Below, one piece after another: positions 9,161 to 19,238 of a DNA stretch of 64,000 bases. Every line of letters begins with the position of its first letter. The stretch's first letter is position 1. A model generated the notes under the pieces. That model worked only from the letters and a program-made list of their open reading frames with translations. It did no database searches and was not told where the DNA came from. The position numbers and the translations under genes are program-made. The stretch is from an uncultured Planctomycetia bacterium (GTDB taxonomy: Bacteria > Omnitrophota > Gorgyraeia > Tantalellales > Tantalellaceae): assembly GCA_964572255.1 (NCBI GenBank), contig CAZNEE010000001.1:395587-459586 (forward strand), read 5' to 3'.

Positions 9161-9263
9161 TCAAAAGTTCCCTCGCTCGTCGAGCCAATTTAACGCAGGA
9201 CACCGTGCTCGCTCGGTCACTTATGCCCTGCTCGGAACAGTCCAAACACTTGCAATAAATATT

Positions 9264-10631
9264 ATGTTTAATTTCACTATTACCGACATACTCAAGATCA
9301 CCGGCGGGGAATTGTTTGCCGGAGCCGAAGAGACTCCCGTCAAAGGGTTCTCGATCGATTCAAGGACCATCAAGCCCGGGGATATATTCATTGCCGTAAA
9401 AGGTGAGCATTTTGACGGACATGATTTCATGGACCAGGCAATAAGCAGGGGCGCTTCAGGAATAATCGCAGAAAGACCGCCTTCCGGTTTAATTTCCTCG
9501 AACATGATCAAAGTTGAGAATACGATAGAAGCAATGGTGAGGATCGCCCGTTACTTAAGAGGATTATCGGATATCCCGGTAATATGCATAACCGGAACTA
9601 ACGGGAAAACAACTGTTAAAGATATTCTATCTCACATATTATCGACGAAATACAAAGTTCTTAAAAGCGAAAAGTCTTACAATAATACCATCGGGGTTTG
9701 CCTTACATTGTTTGGATTGGATGCTTCACACCAGATCGCCGTTCTTGAATTGGGGACAAATCATTTTGGCGAGATAAGGAAGCTTGCGGAGATAGCATTG
9801 CCTGATATTGCCGTTATTAATAATATAGGAAGAGGCCACATCGAATTTTTCGGGGACATTGAAGGAGTATTCAAAGAAAAGACGAGTTTACTGGATGTAT
9901 TGCCTGAAAAAGGAACGGTTTTCTTGAACAAGGACGATGCGATGCTTAGTTCCGTAAAGAAGTGTGCGTGCGGGAAAAAATTTTTTGGAAGATCGTCCGG
10001 AAGCGATCTATTGATCTCCGATATTCAAAGGCAAGAAGAAGGGTACAGCTTTCTTGTGAACGGAGAGAAATTCAATATTCCTCTTGAAGGAGAACATAAT
10101 GTTTATAATGCCGCAGCGGCTATTGCGGTGGCGAAAGAGTTCGGGATAGAGAATAGCAAAATAAAAGAAAAGCTGGCAGGTATTTCCCCGCCTGAGATGC
10201 GGCTTCAAAAAATGAAACTTGGCGATGTATTTTTTATCAACGATTCTTATAATGCCAATCCGGATTCTTTTAAAAGTGCGCTCGATGTTCTTTCCGCGGT
10301 ATCTTCAGGCGGCAGAAAAGGGATCATTGCGGGATGCATGATGGAATTGGGCGGCGAAAGCGACCGGATGCATAGAGATCTGGGAGAAGATATCGCGTTG
10401 AAAGGTTTTGATTTCCTGATAACTGTAGGCGGCAACGCAAGGCATATTGCGGAAGGGGCAAAGCATAAAGGGATGGATCCTTCCAATATCTTTGAAGCTG
10501 ACAGCAATAGGACAGCGGCCGATCATATGAAAAACATCACTAAAACGGGCGATGTGGTTCTTTTAAAAGGTTCCAGAAAAGCGAAATTGGAGGAAGTGCT
10601 TACATGTTTTACCACTTGCTGTACCCGTTAA
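9264..10631 (+). CDS. murF: UDP-N-acetylmuramoyl-tripeptide--D-alanyl-D-alanine ligase MurF
   Basis: Mur ligase P-loop ITGTNGKTT, and position after murE. The start is placed at ATG 9264 (MFNFTITDIL...). The upstream extension to 9156 only reads through repeat A. Confidence 0.85.
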   Translation: MFNFTITDILKITGGELFAGAEETPVKGFSIDSRTIKPGDIFIAVKGEHFDGHDFMDQAISRGASGIIAERPPSGLISSNMIKVENTIEAMVRIARYLRGLSDIPVICITGTNGKTTVKDILSHILSTKYKVLKSEKSYNNTIGVCLTLFGLDASHQIAVLELGTNHFGEIRKLAEIALPDIAVINNIGRGHIEFFGDIEGVFKEKTSLLDVLPEKGTVFLNKDDAMLSSVKKCACGKKFFGRSSGSDLLISDIQRQEEGYSFLVNGEKFNIPLEGEHNVYNAAAAIAVAKEFGIENSKIKEKLAGISPPEMRLQKMKLGDVFFINDSYNANPDSFKSALDVLSAVSSGGRKGIIAGCMMELGGESDRMHRDLGEDIALKGFDFLITVGGNARHIAEGAKHKGMDPSNIFEADSNRTAADHMKNITKTGDVVLLKGSRKAKLEEVLTCFTTCCTR

Positions 10632-11692
10632 AAGAATTCTGGTTCGGGTTCAATATTTTCAGATACATAACTTTTCGGGCGAGCATGGCCGTTTTCACAT
10701 CTTTCGCCATTTGCGTGATATTCGGCCCTTTGGTAATAAAATGGCTTAAGGCTTTGCAGGTATGGCAGTATGTCCGCCGTGAACACGTTCATTCGCTGTA
10801 TGATCTGCACAAGCATAAAGAGGGAACCCCGACGATGGGGGGCATAATCATTATTCTTTCCGTCGTTGCTTCGTCATTATTATGGTGCCGCCTGGATAAT
10901 GATCTGGTGCTTCTTACTGTGGGAGGGATGATCTGGCTCGGGCTTGTAGGTTTTGCGGATGACATAATAAAGCTTAACAATAAAAGCGCTAAAGGCATAG
11001 CGGCGGCCACTAAACTTTTCGGCCAAATAACCCTGGCGCTTATCGTGGGCATTTTTGTTGTCAAAGGGAACCTGATAGGTACCGGGCTGTATTTGCCGTT
11101 CGTTAAAAATGCGGTAATGAACTTAGGTCTGTTTTACATGCTTTTAGTGCTTGTTGTAATAGTCGGTTCTTCCAATGCCGTGAACCTTACGGATGGCCTC
11201 GATGGTCTTGCCATAGGTTGCGTGATCTTCGTGGCCTGCACTTATGGCGTGATGAGTTATGTCACGGGCAACTCTGTTATAAGCGGCTATTTGAATGTTT
11301 TTTACCTTCCGGGTTCCGGCGAACTTTCCGTTTTTTGTGCCGCCCTGATAGGCGCGGGATTGGGTTTTTTGTGGTTCAACAGCCACCCGGCAACTGTTTT
11401 TATGGGGGATACAGGGGCGCTTTCTCTCGGCGGGGCAATAGGCATAGTGAGCATATTGATAAAAAAAGAGATACTGCTTTTTTTCGCGGGCGGAATATTT
11501 GTTATCGAAGCTTTATCGGTGATTTTACAGATATTGTCAGTTAAGACCAGAAAAAAAAGAATTTTTCTGATGTCTCCCATTCATCACCATTTTCAGTTAA
11601 AAGGATGGCATGAATCCAAGATCACCATTCGTTTCTGGATAATCGCTGCCATACTGGCTCTCTTGAGCATGGCTACGTTAAAGGTTAGATAA
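10604..11692 (+). CDS. mraY: Phospho-N-acetylmuramoyl-pentapeptide transferase MraY
   Basis: 10-TM protein with the conserved MraY N-terminus (LLYPLKEFWFGFNIFRYITFRA) and the DGLDGLA motif. Confidence 0.9.
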   Translation: MFYHLLYPLKEFWFGFNIFRYITFRASMAVFTSFAICVIFGPLVIKWLKALQVWQYVRREHVHSLYDLHKHKEGTPTMGGIIIILSVVASSLLWCRLDNDLVLLTVGGMIWLGLVGFADDIIKLNNKSAKGIAAATKLFGQITLALIVGIFVVKGNLIGTGLYLPFVKNAVMNLGLFYMLLVLVVIVGSSNAVNLTDGLDGLAIGCVIFVACTYGVMSYVTGNSVISGYLNVFYLPGSGELSVFCAALIGAGLGFLWFNSHPATVFMGDTGALSLGGAIGIVSILIKKEILLFFAGGIFVIEALSVILQILSVKTRKKRIFLMSPIHHHFQLKGWHESKITIRFWIIAAILALLSMATLKVR

Positions 11693-11700
11693 TTTTTCAT

Positions 11701-12987
11701 ATGTTGGATCTTAAAGGCAAAAAAATACTGGTAGTAGGACTCGGCATAAGCGGGTTTTCCGCCGCCAGACTTCTTTCGGGCAAAGGCGCCCTGGTAAAAG
11801 TCACGGAAAACGATGATAACGACACAATAAGGGATTATGCTGAAAAGTTATCTGAGTTTGCTGTTGAAATTGAGATCGGCGGACACACCGAAGATTTTTT
11901 TAAATTTCCGGATATGGTCGTTACAAGCCCCGGGGTGGATAACGGCGCTTTACCTCTTGCATTCGCCCGGAAGAATGATATCCCGGTGATAGGGGAACTT
12001 GAACTGGGCTGGATGTTTTGCGCCTCTCCGATCATTGCGGTAACCGGTACGAACGGTAAAACCACGACAACAGAGCTTATAGGAAAGATCCTGTTAAATT
12101 CCGGAAAAGGAGCGGTCGTTTGCGGTAATATCGGAAATCCCCTGACCGGGGAAATAGAAGATCTTGCGCGGGATAAGATCGCGGTAGTTGAAGTGAGTTC
12201 CTTTCAGCTTGATACGATAAAGAAGTTCAAACCGTACATAGCAGTCCTTCTGAATGTGACCGATGATCATTACGAAAGGCACGAAAATTACGAAAATTAC
12301 AAGAATTCAAAGTTCAGGATATTTCTTAATCAGGACGAAAACGATTGGGCGGTTTTAAATAGTTCGTTCCGCAATGATCAGGCGTTAAGGAATATAAGAA
12401 GCCGTAAGAGTTTTTTTAAAAAAGAGGATTGCGCTGACCTAGAGAGCGTTCCGTTGAAAGGTGACCATAATCTGGAAAATATAGCATGCGCGGTAGCGGT
12501 AGCTGGAATAATGGGTATCAGTAAAGCCGATGCTTACCGGACTATCGCTGCGTTTAAGGGGCTCGGGCACAGATTTGAGATCATAGGTACTTTTGGCGGC
12601 ATTGAATTTATTGACGATTCGAAAGCGACCAATATTGATGCGACCAAGAGGGCTTTGGAATCGGTTGATAAGAAAGTTGTTCTTATAGCCGGCGGCAGAG
12701 ATAAAGGGGGAGATTATCGTTCGGTCTCCTCTGTTATTAAGGAAAAAGTTTCGGCTATGGTGCTTATCGGCGAAGCCGCGGGAAGGATAAAGAACGCTTT
12801 TTCGGATGATGTGAACATTGTTGTCGCTCATACCATGCAGGATGCGGTTCGAAAGGCTTCCTCGATCGCAAAAAAAGGCGAAATAGTCATGCTTTCGCCC
12901 ATGTGTTCGAGTTTTGACATGTTTTCAAGCTACAAACAACGGGGCGAAATATTCAAAAGTTCTGTTTTATCTTTAAAAAGAGATTGA
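11701..12987 (+). CDS. murD: UDP-N-acetylmuramoylalanine--D-glutamate ligase MurD
   Basis: N-terminal Rossmann region KKILVVGLGISG and P-loop VTGTNGKTTTT. Confidence 0.9.
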   Translation: MLDLKGKKILVVGLGISGFSAARLLSGKGALVKVTENDDNDTIRDYAEKLSEFAVEIEIGGHTEDFFKFPDMVVTSPGVDNGALPLAFARKNDIPVIGELELGWMFCASPIIAVTGTNGKTTTTELIGKILLNSGKGAVVCGNIGNPLTGEIEDLARDKIAVVEVSSFQLDTIKKFKPYIAVLLNVTDDHYERHENYENYKNSKFRIFLNQDENDWAVLNSSFRNDQALRNIRSRKSFFKKEDCADLESVPLKGDHNLENIACAVAVAGIMGISKADAYRTIAAFKGLGHRFEIIGTFGGIEFIDDSKATNIDATKRALESVDKKVVLIAGGRDKGGDYRSVSSVIKEKVSAMVLIGEAAGRIKNAFSDDVNIVVAHTMQDAVRKASSIAKKGEIVMLSPMCSSFDMFSSYKQRGEIFKSSVLSLKRD

Positions 12988-13023
12988 GCTGCCTTAAATA
13001 CCGCGTTAAGGATATTCCTTAAG

Positions 13024-14109
13024 ATGAAAAGTGACGCTAAAATAGTTCTATTAATGACATCACTTCTGGTCATGATCGGGATCGTGATGATATATTCATC
13101 CAGTTCCGTTTATGCTTATGGCAATTACGGTGATAGTTTATATTTTGTTAAAAAACATCTCGTTTATTTAATGATAGGCCTTATTGCCGGTATTTTCTGT
13201 ATGAGCGTTTCCGCAAAAGCATTGGAAGAAAATGCAAGAATAGTGATGCTGGCATCAGTGATGCTTCTTTTGATCGTGCTTGTTCCGGGGATAGGAAGCC
13301 AGGCGGGCGGAGCCAGAAGATGGATACGGTTTGCCGGGTTGGGATTTCAGCCTTCGGAATTGACAAAATTAGTGCTTATCATCTATCTCGCGGACCTGAC
13401 TTCCCGGAAAAGATTTCTCATGCAGAATTTCAGGTACGGACTGGTGCCTTCTCTGTTTATCATAGGCCTTACCGGCGGGCTCATTTTATTGGAGCCGGAC
13501 CTGGGAACATCGGTTTCTGTTTTATTTGTCGGCCTTGTTATGTTATTTGCCTCGGGTGTCAGGATAAAGCATCTTGCTTCGATTACAGCTGCGGTACTTC
13601 CTTTCATGATTTTTGTCGTTGTAAGCGCGCCGTACCGTTTAAAGCGTGTAATGACGTTTTTTAACCCGTGGGCTGATGCCAGGGGGGCAGGGTTCCAGCT
13701 TATTCAGTCTTTCATCGCCTTAGGTTCGGGCGGATTTTTCGGTGTAGGGCTCGGAGCGTCGAAACAGAAGCTGTTCTATCTCCCGGAATCTCATACGGAT
13801 TTTATATTTTCTATTATCGGGGAAGAACTCGGTTTTTTCGGCACGGCATTTGTTCTGATGATATTTTCATCCCTTATATGGTTTTTGTTGAGGATAGCTT
13901 TCAGGATCAGAAGAGTTTTCGCGTCACGTGTGGTTTTGGGCGTCACGCTCATGATAGCGTTTGAGGTAATAGTGAACATCGGCGTTTCTACCGGAACGCT
14001 TCCCACTAAGGGGCTGCCGCTTCCTTTTATCAGTTACGGCGGAAGTTCTTTAGTATGCCATCTTGCCGCGATAGGCATTGTTCTTAACATGGCAAGGGAG
14101 GAGGAATAA
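13024..14109 (+). CDS. ftsW: SEDS-family peptidoglycan polymerase FtsW
   Basis: Polytopic FtsW/RodA family protein positioned between murD and murG. Confidence 0.85.
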   Translation: MKSDAKIVLLMTSLLVMIGIVMIYSSSSVYAYGNYGDSLYFVKKHLVYLMIGLIAGIFCMSVSAKALEENARIVMLASVMLLLIVLVPGIGSQAGGARRWIRFAGLGFQPSELTKLVLIIYLADLTSRKRFLMQNFRYGLVPSLFIIGLTGGLILLEPDLGTSVSVLFVGLVMLFASGVRIKHLASITAAVLPFMIFVVVSAPYRLKRVMTFFNPWADARGAGFQLIQSFIALGSGGFFGVGLGASKQKLFYLPESHTDFIFSIIGEELGFFGTAFVLMIFSSLIWFLLRIAFRIRRVFASRVVLGVTLMIAFEVIVNIGVSTGTLPTKGLPLPFISYGGSSLVCHLAAIGIVLNMAREEE

Positions 14110-15212
14110 TGAAAGTTATCCTGGCGGCCGGAGGGAGCGGGGGACATATATTCCCGTCGGTTGCGCTTGCCCGAGAATTGACCGGAAGAGGCGTGAAAGA
14201 TATATATTTTGTCGCGAGTAAAAGAAGATTGGATAAAAGCATCCTGCGAGACGCGGGAAATAAATGTTTTTTTCTCTCGGAAAACCCCATGCCTTATGAA
14301 TTGAATCTTTTCAATGCGGCAGTGTTCGCGTTTAAGCTCTTTGCCGATGCGGTGGTCTCTTTTTTCATAATTGCGGCGATCCGTCCCGATGTTGTTGTGG
14401 GGTTCGGCGGTTATTCGTCCGGTGCTGTTGTAAGATGCGCTAAGATTTTTAACCTCCCCGTTATTATACATGAGCAAAATCTTGTTCCCGGCCGGGCCAA
14501 CAAGCTGCTTTCAAAAGTTGTCGATAAAATAGCGGTGAGCTTTCCGGAATCTTCTGATCATTTTCCGATCAGTCCGGAAAGGATCGTTCATACCGGAAAT
14601 CCCATAAGAGTAGAACTATTGGCTAAAGATAAAATAGAGGCGCTTAAATATTTGGATCTATCGCCTGAGAGGAAAACAGTTCTTGTAATGGGAGGAAGCC
14701 AGGGGTCAACTTTCTTAAATACGACTGTTTCGCAGGCAGCGGGGTTGATAAAAGAAAAAAAAGGTGATAAAGTACAGTTTGTGCATCTTACCGGGAAAAA
14801 AGATTTTGAAAAGATAAAGCAATATTACGAAGAAAAAAAGATCCCGGCAAAAGTTTACTCATTTTTAGACAGAATTGATAAAGCTTATTCGGTATGCGAT
14901 ATTGCGATAAGCAGGTCCGGAGCGGCAGCTATATTTGAGTTGGCGTATTACGCTAAACCGATGTTCTTAGTGCCGTATCCCGGCAAGAAAAATAACCAGA
15001 GATATAATGCTATTTATTTTTCCCGGAAGGGCGCTGCTGTATATAAAGAAGAAGGCGACCTGGCCTCGGGGAGTATTGCGGAAGAAGTTCTTGATATCCT
15101 GGATGATCCGGCAAGTTTAGACAAGATGTGTAAACGCTCCGGACTTTTAAGCAACCCGCAGGCGGGTGAAAAACTTGCCGACGAGGTTATCAAATTAAGC
15201 GGAAAAAAATGA
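14109..15212 (+). CDS. murG: UDP-GlcNAc:undecaprenyl-PP-MurNAc-pentapeptide GlcNAc transferase MurG
   Basis: N-terminal GGSGGHIFP motif. Its start overlaps the ftsW stop (TAATG). Confidence 0.9.
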   Translation: MKVILAAGGSGGHIFPSVALARELTGRGVKDIYFVASKRRLDKSILRDAGNKCFFLSENPMPYELNLFNAAVFAFKLFADAVVSFFIIAAIRPDVVVGFGGYSSGAVVRCAKIFNLPVIIHEQNLVPGRANKLLSKVVDKIAVSFPESSDHFPISPERIVHTGNPIRVELLAKDKIEALKYLDLSPERKTVLVMGGSQGSTFLNTTVSQAAGLIKEKKGDKVQFVHLTGKKDFEKIKQYYEEKKIPAKVYSFLDRIDKAYSVCDIAISRSGAAAIFELAYYAKPMFLVPYPGKKNNQRYNAIYFSRKGAAVYKEEGDLASGSIAEEVLDILDDPASLDKMCKRSGLLSNPQAGEKLADEVIKLSGKK

Positions 15213-16585
15213 AAAAAGTGCATTTCATAGGAATAGGCGGGATCGGCATGAGCGGTCTTGCCTCGATACTTCTTGAAAGAGGCGTTACTGTTTCCGGTTC
15301 CGATCTGAGACCGAATAACCTGACAGATGATCTTGCAAGGAGGGGCGCAAAGATCTATGAAGGGCATGATGCCGCGAATATAGACAGTGATGTGGATGTC
15401 ATTGTCGAGACCACCTGCATAAAAGACGATAATCCGGAAATATTGAGGAGCAAAGACCTGGGCAAGGAGATTATCTCAAGAAGCGCTTTATTGAAGATGA
15501 TGGTGGAATCGTCCCCGGTATCGATAGGGGTTACGGGAACGCATGGAAAAACAACTACAAGTGCCCTCATATCATTCATCATGGATTATTGCGGGAAGAA
15601 TCCCACAGTTGTTGTAGGCGGTGAAATAGACCGGTTCAAAGGCAATGCAAGGGAAGGAAAAGGCGGGATCCTGATCGCTGAAGTGGATGAGAGCGACGGT
15701 TATTTCCGCAACATTTCCACGACTTATGCGGTAGTTACCAACATTGAGCGGGAACACATGGAACACTTCGGTACGTTAGAGAACCTGGTCGGAGCTTATG
15801 AGGAGTTTATCGGCCGCGTATCTCCGGAAGGGTTACTTGTTTACAATGGCGAAGATCCTGTTTTATGTAAAATTGCCGGATCGGTCAATGCGGGGAAAAT
15901 AGATTTCGGGATAGACGGCGATTTTACCGCAACATGCCGGGACCATAAATGCGCGAGATCCATCGAGTTTGATTTTATCGTTTCCGGAAAAAAATACGGC
16001 AGGGTAAAGAGTCCGCTTGTAGGCAGACATAATCTGATGAATATACTTGCAGCGATAACGGTATGCCTTGAAATGGGTCTTGATTTTGAAAGATGCGTAA
16101 AAGCCGTGAACGATTTCCGCGGGGTTAAACGAAGATTCGACGCTGTGGGCAAAGTGGGATCGATCCGAGTTATAGAGGATTACGCGCATCATCCGACAGA
16201 ACTCAAAGCCGTTATAAAAGCGGCCAGGGATTATAACGCCGGAAGGGTGGTCGCTGTTTTTCAGCCGCATCGTTACAGCAGGACAAAGGATCTGGCGGAA
16301 GAATTCGCGAACTGTTTTTATGATGCGGATGTGCTTGTTTTAACCGAGATCTATTCGGCGGATGAAGACCCGTCGGCAGGTGGTGATGTCAGGGATATTT
16401 TCGAATTGGTTGATAAAGATCGTTTCCAGGAAATAGATTTTGTGAAAAAGGATGAGGTGCCCGGACTTGTTTCGGGTTTAGTTAAGGAAAATGATCTTGT
16501 TCTTGTTCTCGGTGCCGGGGACATAAGAGATATAGCGCATTTATTGCTTGATGAAATAAGAAAAAGACAGCCCGATGTTGAGTGA
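15209..16585 (+). CDS. murC: UDP-N-acetylmuramate--L-alanine ligase MurC
   Basis: HFIGIGGIGMSGLA N-terminus and GTHGKTTT P-loop. Confidence 0.9.
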   Translation: MKKVHFIGIGGIGMSGLASILLERGVTVSGSDLRPNNLTDDLARRGAKIYEGHDAANIDSDVDVIVETTCIKDDNPEILRSKDLGKEIISRSALLKMMVESSPVSIGVTGTHGKTTTSALISFIMDYCGKNPTVVVGGEIDRFKGNAREGKGGILIAEVDESDGYFRNISTTYAVVTNIEREHMEHFGTLENLVGAYEEFIGRVSPEGLLVYNGEDPVLCKIAGSVNAGKIDFGIDGDFTATCRDHKCARSIEFDFIVSGKKYGRVKSPLVGRHNLMNILAAITVCLEMGLDFERCVKAVNDFRGVKRRFDAVGKVGSIRVIEDYAHHPTELKAVIKAARDYNAGRVVAVFQPHRYSRTKDLAEEFANCFYDADVLVLTEIYSADEDPSAGGDVRDIFELVDKDRFQEIDFVKKDEVPGLVSGLVKENDLVLVLGAGDIRDIAHLLLDEIRKRQPDVE

Positions 16586-17489
16586 AAACACAATGGAAAA
16601 CTTGAGGAGCATTTCTAAACGTAGTAGCAGCTGTGTTCTGTTTGATGAACCGTTGGCTAAGCATACGACAATATCTATAGGAGGTCCTGCGGAAGCCTTA
16701 TATATGCCTTCTGATCCGGAAGAGCTTTCGGAGCTTTTGGAATTTTTAAGACGCGAAAGTATTGATTTTTTTGTTCTTGGCAACGGAAGCAATGTTCTTG
16801 TTCCCGATGATGGGTTAGATAAAGTAGTGATCAAATTGCAGGGTACGTATTTTGAGAAGAAAGTTTTTACTGATAATTACGTTACAGCCGGGGCGGGGAC
16901 AAAATTAAGCAGTCTGATCAAAGAATGCCGGAAGCGCGGACTTTCCGGTTTAGAGGGCTTGATCGGGATACCCGGAACGGTCGGAGGCGCTCTTTTCAGG
17001 AACGCTTCATACAAGTCATCTATCAGTGATCCATTAGTTAAAGTTCTCGTTATTGACCGGGATTCTGAATTAAGATGGATCGATAAGGAAGAGATCTCTT
17101 TCACGTACAGGGCATCCTCGTTCGGCAAGGCCGAGATAATCCTTGAGGCGATATTTTGTCTTGACAGCCAGCCGAGAGATTCCATCGATCAAAGGATGAA
17201 GGAGTATTTTAAGGAAAAGCTGGAAAGTCAGCCGTTAGGGGCCAGGACCCTGGGGTCTGTTTTTAAAAACCCCGGCGAAGACGATCGTAAAAGCTGGGAA
17301 CTCATTGATAAGTGCGGGTTAAGAGGGCGCTTGCGCGGGGGCGCAAAAGTATCCCAGAAGCATGCGAATTTCATAGTTAATACCGGAGGCGCGACCTCTC
17401 AGGATTTTAAGACTTTACTTGATGAGGTCAGCTCGGCGGTGAAGGAAAAGTTTTCGATAGAGCTCACACCCGAAGTGGAGATACTGTAG
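16575..17489 (+). CDS. murB: UDP-N-acetylenolpyruvoylglucosamine reductase MurB
   Basis: FAD-binding MurB fold, about 300 aa, in the dcw position after murC. Confidence 0.85.
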   Translation: MLSENTMENLRSISKRSSSCVLFDEPLAKHTTISIGGPAEALYMPSDPEELSELLEFLRRESIDFFVLGNGSNVLVPDDGLDKVVIKLQGTYFEKKVFTDNYVTAGAGTKLSSLIKECRKRGLSGLEGLIGIPGTVGGALFRNASYKSSISDPLVKVLVIDRDSELRWIDKEEISFTYRASSFGKAEIILEAIFCLDSQPRDSIDQRMKEYFKEKLESQPLGARTLGSVFKNPGEDDRKSWELIDKCGLRGRLRGGAKVSQKHANFIVNTGGATSQDFKTLLDEVSSAVKEKFSIELTPEVEIL

Positions 17490-18434
17490 ATGTCAAAAGA
17501 ATTGGAAATATTAGGAAAACACAGAATAGGCGTTTTGGCCGGCGGAACTTCCAGCGAGCGGGAGATAAGCATTAAAAGCGGCAGGGCCGTATTTGAATCC
17601 CTGAAAGAAAACGGCCTTAATGTCGATTTTATCGATATCAAAGAAGATAATCCCGAGTGGCTGGATAGAACAGATATAGACACCGCTTTTATCGCCCTGC
17701 ATGGGCGGTTCGGAGAAGATGGCACTGTGCAGAGGATGCTTGATGAAAAAAATATTATTTATACAGGGTCGGATCCGGAAGCGTCATATCTTGCTTTGGA
17801 CAAGATAGCCTCAAAAAAGATCTTTTTAAAAGAAGGCCTCCGCATACCGGAATATAAAGTTATACCGGAAGCGAGCGGCCCCGGGTCTATTGAGGACATT
17901 TGGATCCCGTGTGTTGTAAAGCCCCAGCATGAAGGTTCAAGTATAGGCCTTTCTATCGTGGATTCAAAAGATCAGCTTGCCGAAGCAATAAAGAACGCTT
18001 CGGCATATAGAGGAGATGTTATTGTCGAGAGATTTATCCCGGGGCGTGAGATAACGGTCGGATTGATAGAAGGAGAAGCGCTTCCGGTAATAGAGATCAT
18101 AGCGGCGAATAATTGTTATGACTACAATGCCAAATATCTCGCGAAAGATACAAAATATATCGTGCCGGCGGAATTAGACAACGGTATCGCCGAAAAAGCT
18201 CAGGAGATCGCCCTTAGAGCGCATAACGCTCTTGGATGCGAAGGATTTTCGCGTGTTGATATGCGGCTGGCTGATTCGGGCGATATATATGTTCTTGAGG
18301 TCAATACCATACCCGGCCTTACCGAAAGAAGCCTTCTGCCCATGGCAGCCCGGGCAGCCGGTATAGATTTTTTTGATCTGTGTGTTAAAGTATTGTATGA
18401 AGCAGTGAACAGAAATAGGATAAAGGGGGAATGA
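17490..18434 (+). CDS. ddl: D-alanine--D-alanine ligase Ddl
   Basis: ATP-grasp enzyme with a Ddl-type N-terminus (GVLAGGTSSEREISIKSG). Confidence 0.9.
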   Translation: MSKELEILGKHRIGVLAGGTSSEREISIKSGRAVFESLKENGLNVDFIDIKEDNPEWLDRTDIDTAFIALHGRFGEDGTVQRMLDEKNIIYTGSDPEASYLALDKIASKKIFLKEGLRIPEYKVIPEASGPGSIEDIWIPCVVKPQHEGSSIGLSIVDSKDQLAEAIKNASAYRGDVIVERFIPGREITVGLIEGEALPVIEIIAANNCYDYNAKYLAKDTKYIVPAELDNGIAEKAQEIALRAHNALGCEGFSRVDMRLADSGDIYVLEVNTIPGLTERSLLPMAARAAGIDFFDLCVKVLYEAVNRNRIKGE

Positions 18435-18435
18435 C

Positions 18436-19227
18436 GTGGCAAGGAAGAAAAGATCTTCATCAAGAAAGAAAAAGAAAAGAATAAGCATGCCGTTCAAAAA
18501 CGTGTTTGCGAATAAAGGAGTTCTCATTTTCGCAGTATGTGCGGTACTGCTTGCCGGTATTATTTACGGACTGGGATATTTTTTCCTTAACAGTTCTTTT
18601 TTTAATATTAAAGAGATATCCGTGAATAAAGAACGCGGATATTCTTTTACTGAGGGCAAGGCAAAGCTGAATGATCTTTACCTCGGACATAATATTTTCA
18701 GGGTTGACCTTAAACAGGTAGAGCGTTTCGTGAAAGACAGATATCCCCATCTTAAAAAAGTTGAGGTACGGAGGATGTTCCCTGACCAGATCGAGGTGGA
18801 TATTGTCCCGAGGCAATCGGTGGCGTACATAAGCGCGGGATACAATGTGGTGATCGATAAGGAAGGAATAATATTGGGAAAGAGCGATGACGTAAAAAAC
18901 CTTGTGGAAATAAAAGGGATAAATTTCTTTTTTACCCCGAAAAGGGGGGAGAAGATAAAAGATAAACGTGTGGCGTCAGCTCTTGACCTTTTGGACGGAT
19001 TGAATAAGAATTTATCGAGGGTTTACAGGAATTTTGAATTTATTGATATTTCAGACAAAAGAAACCTCATACTCGGGATAGACGGAATGACTGTTAAGAT
19101 GGGAAGCAGCGATTTTACGGGAAAAGTAAGAAAACTCAGGCAGATATTAAGCGACCCGGATATTGATCTAAAGGATATAAACTATATTGATCTCAGATTT
19201 GATGATGCTGTGATCTCGCCAAAATAG
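18436..19227 (+). CDS. ftsQ: Cell division protein FtsQ (POTRA domain) with lysine-rich N-terminal tail
   Basis: A lysine/arginine-rich cytoplasmic tail (MARKKRSSSRKKKKR), one TM, then POTRA-like and FtsQ domains. Lies between ddl and ftsA. Confidence 0.75.
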   Translation: MARKKRSSSRKKKKRISMPFKNVFANKGVLIFAVCAVLLAGIIYGLGYFFLNSSFFNIKEISVNKERGYSFTEGKAKLNDLYLGHNIFRVDLKQVERFVKDRYPHLKKVEVRRMFPDQIEVDIVPRQSVAYISAGYNVVIDKEGIILGKSDDVKNLVEIKGINFFFTPKRGEKIKDKRVASALDLLDGLNKNLSRVYRNFEFIDISDKRNLILGIDGMTVKMGSSDFTGKVRKLRQILSDPDIDLKDINYIDLRFDDAVISPK

Positions 19228-19238
19228 GATGAATTTAT

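Noticed and set aside
9156-9263. Upstream extension of the murF ORF back to 9156
   Set aside because: The extension reads through the palindromic repeat A and gives an unnatural N-terminus. The ATG at 9264 gives the conserved MurF N-terminal region.
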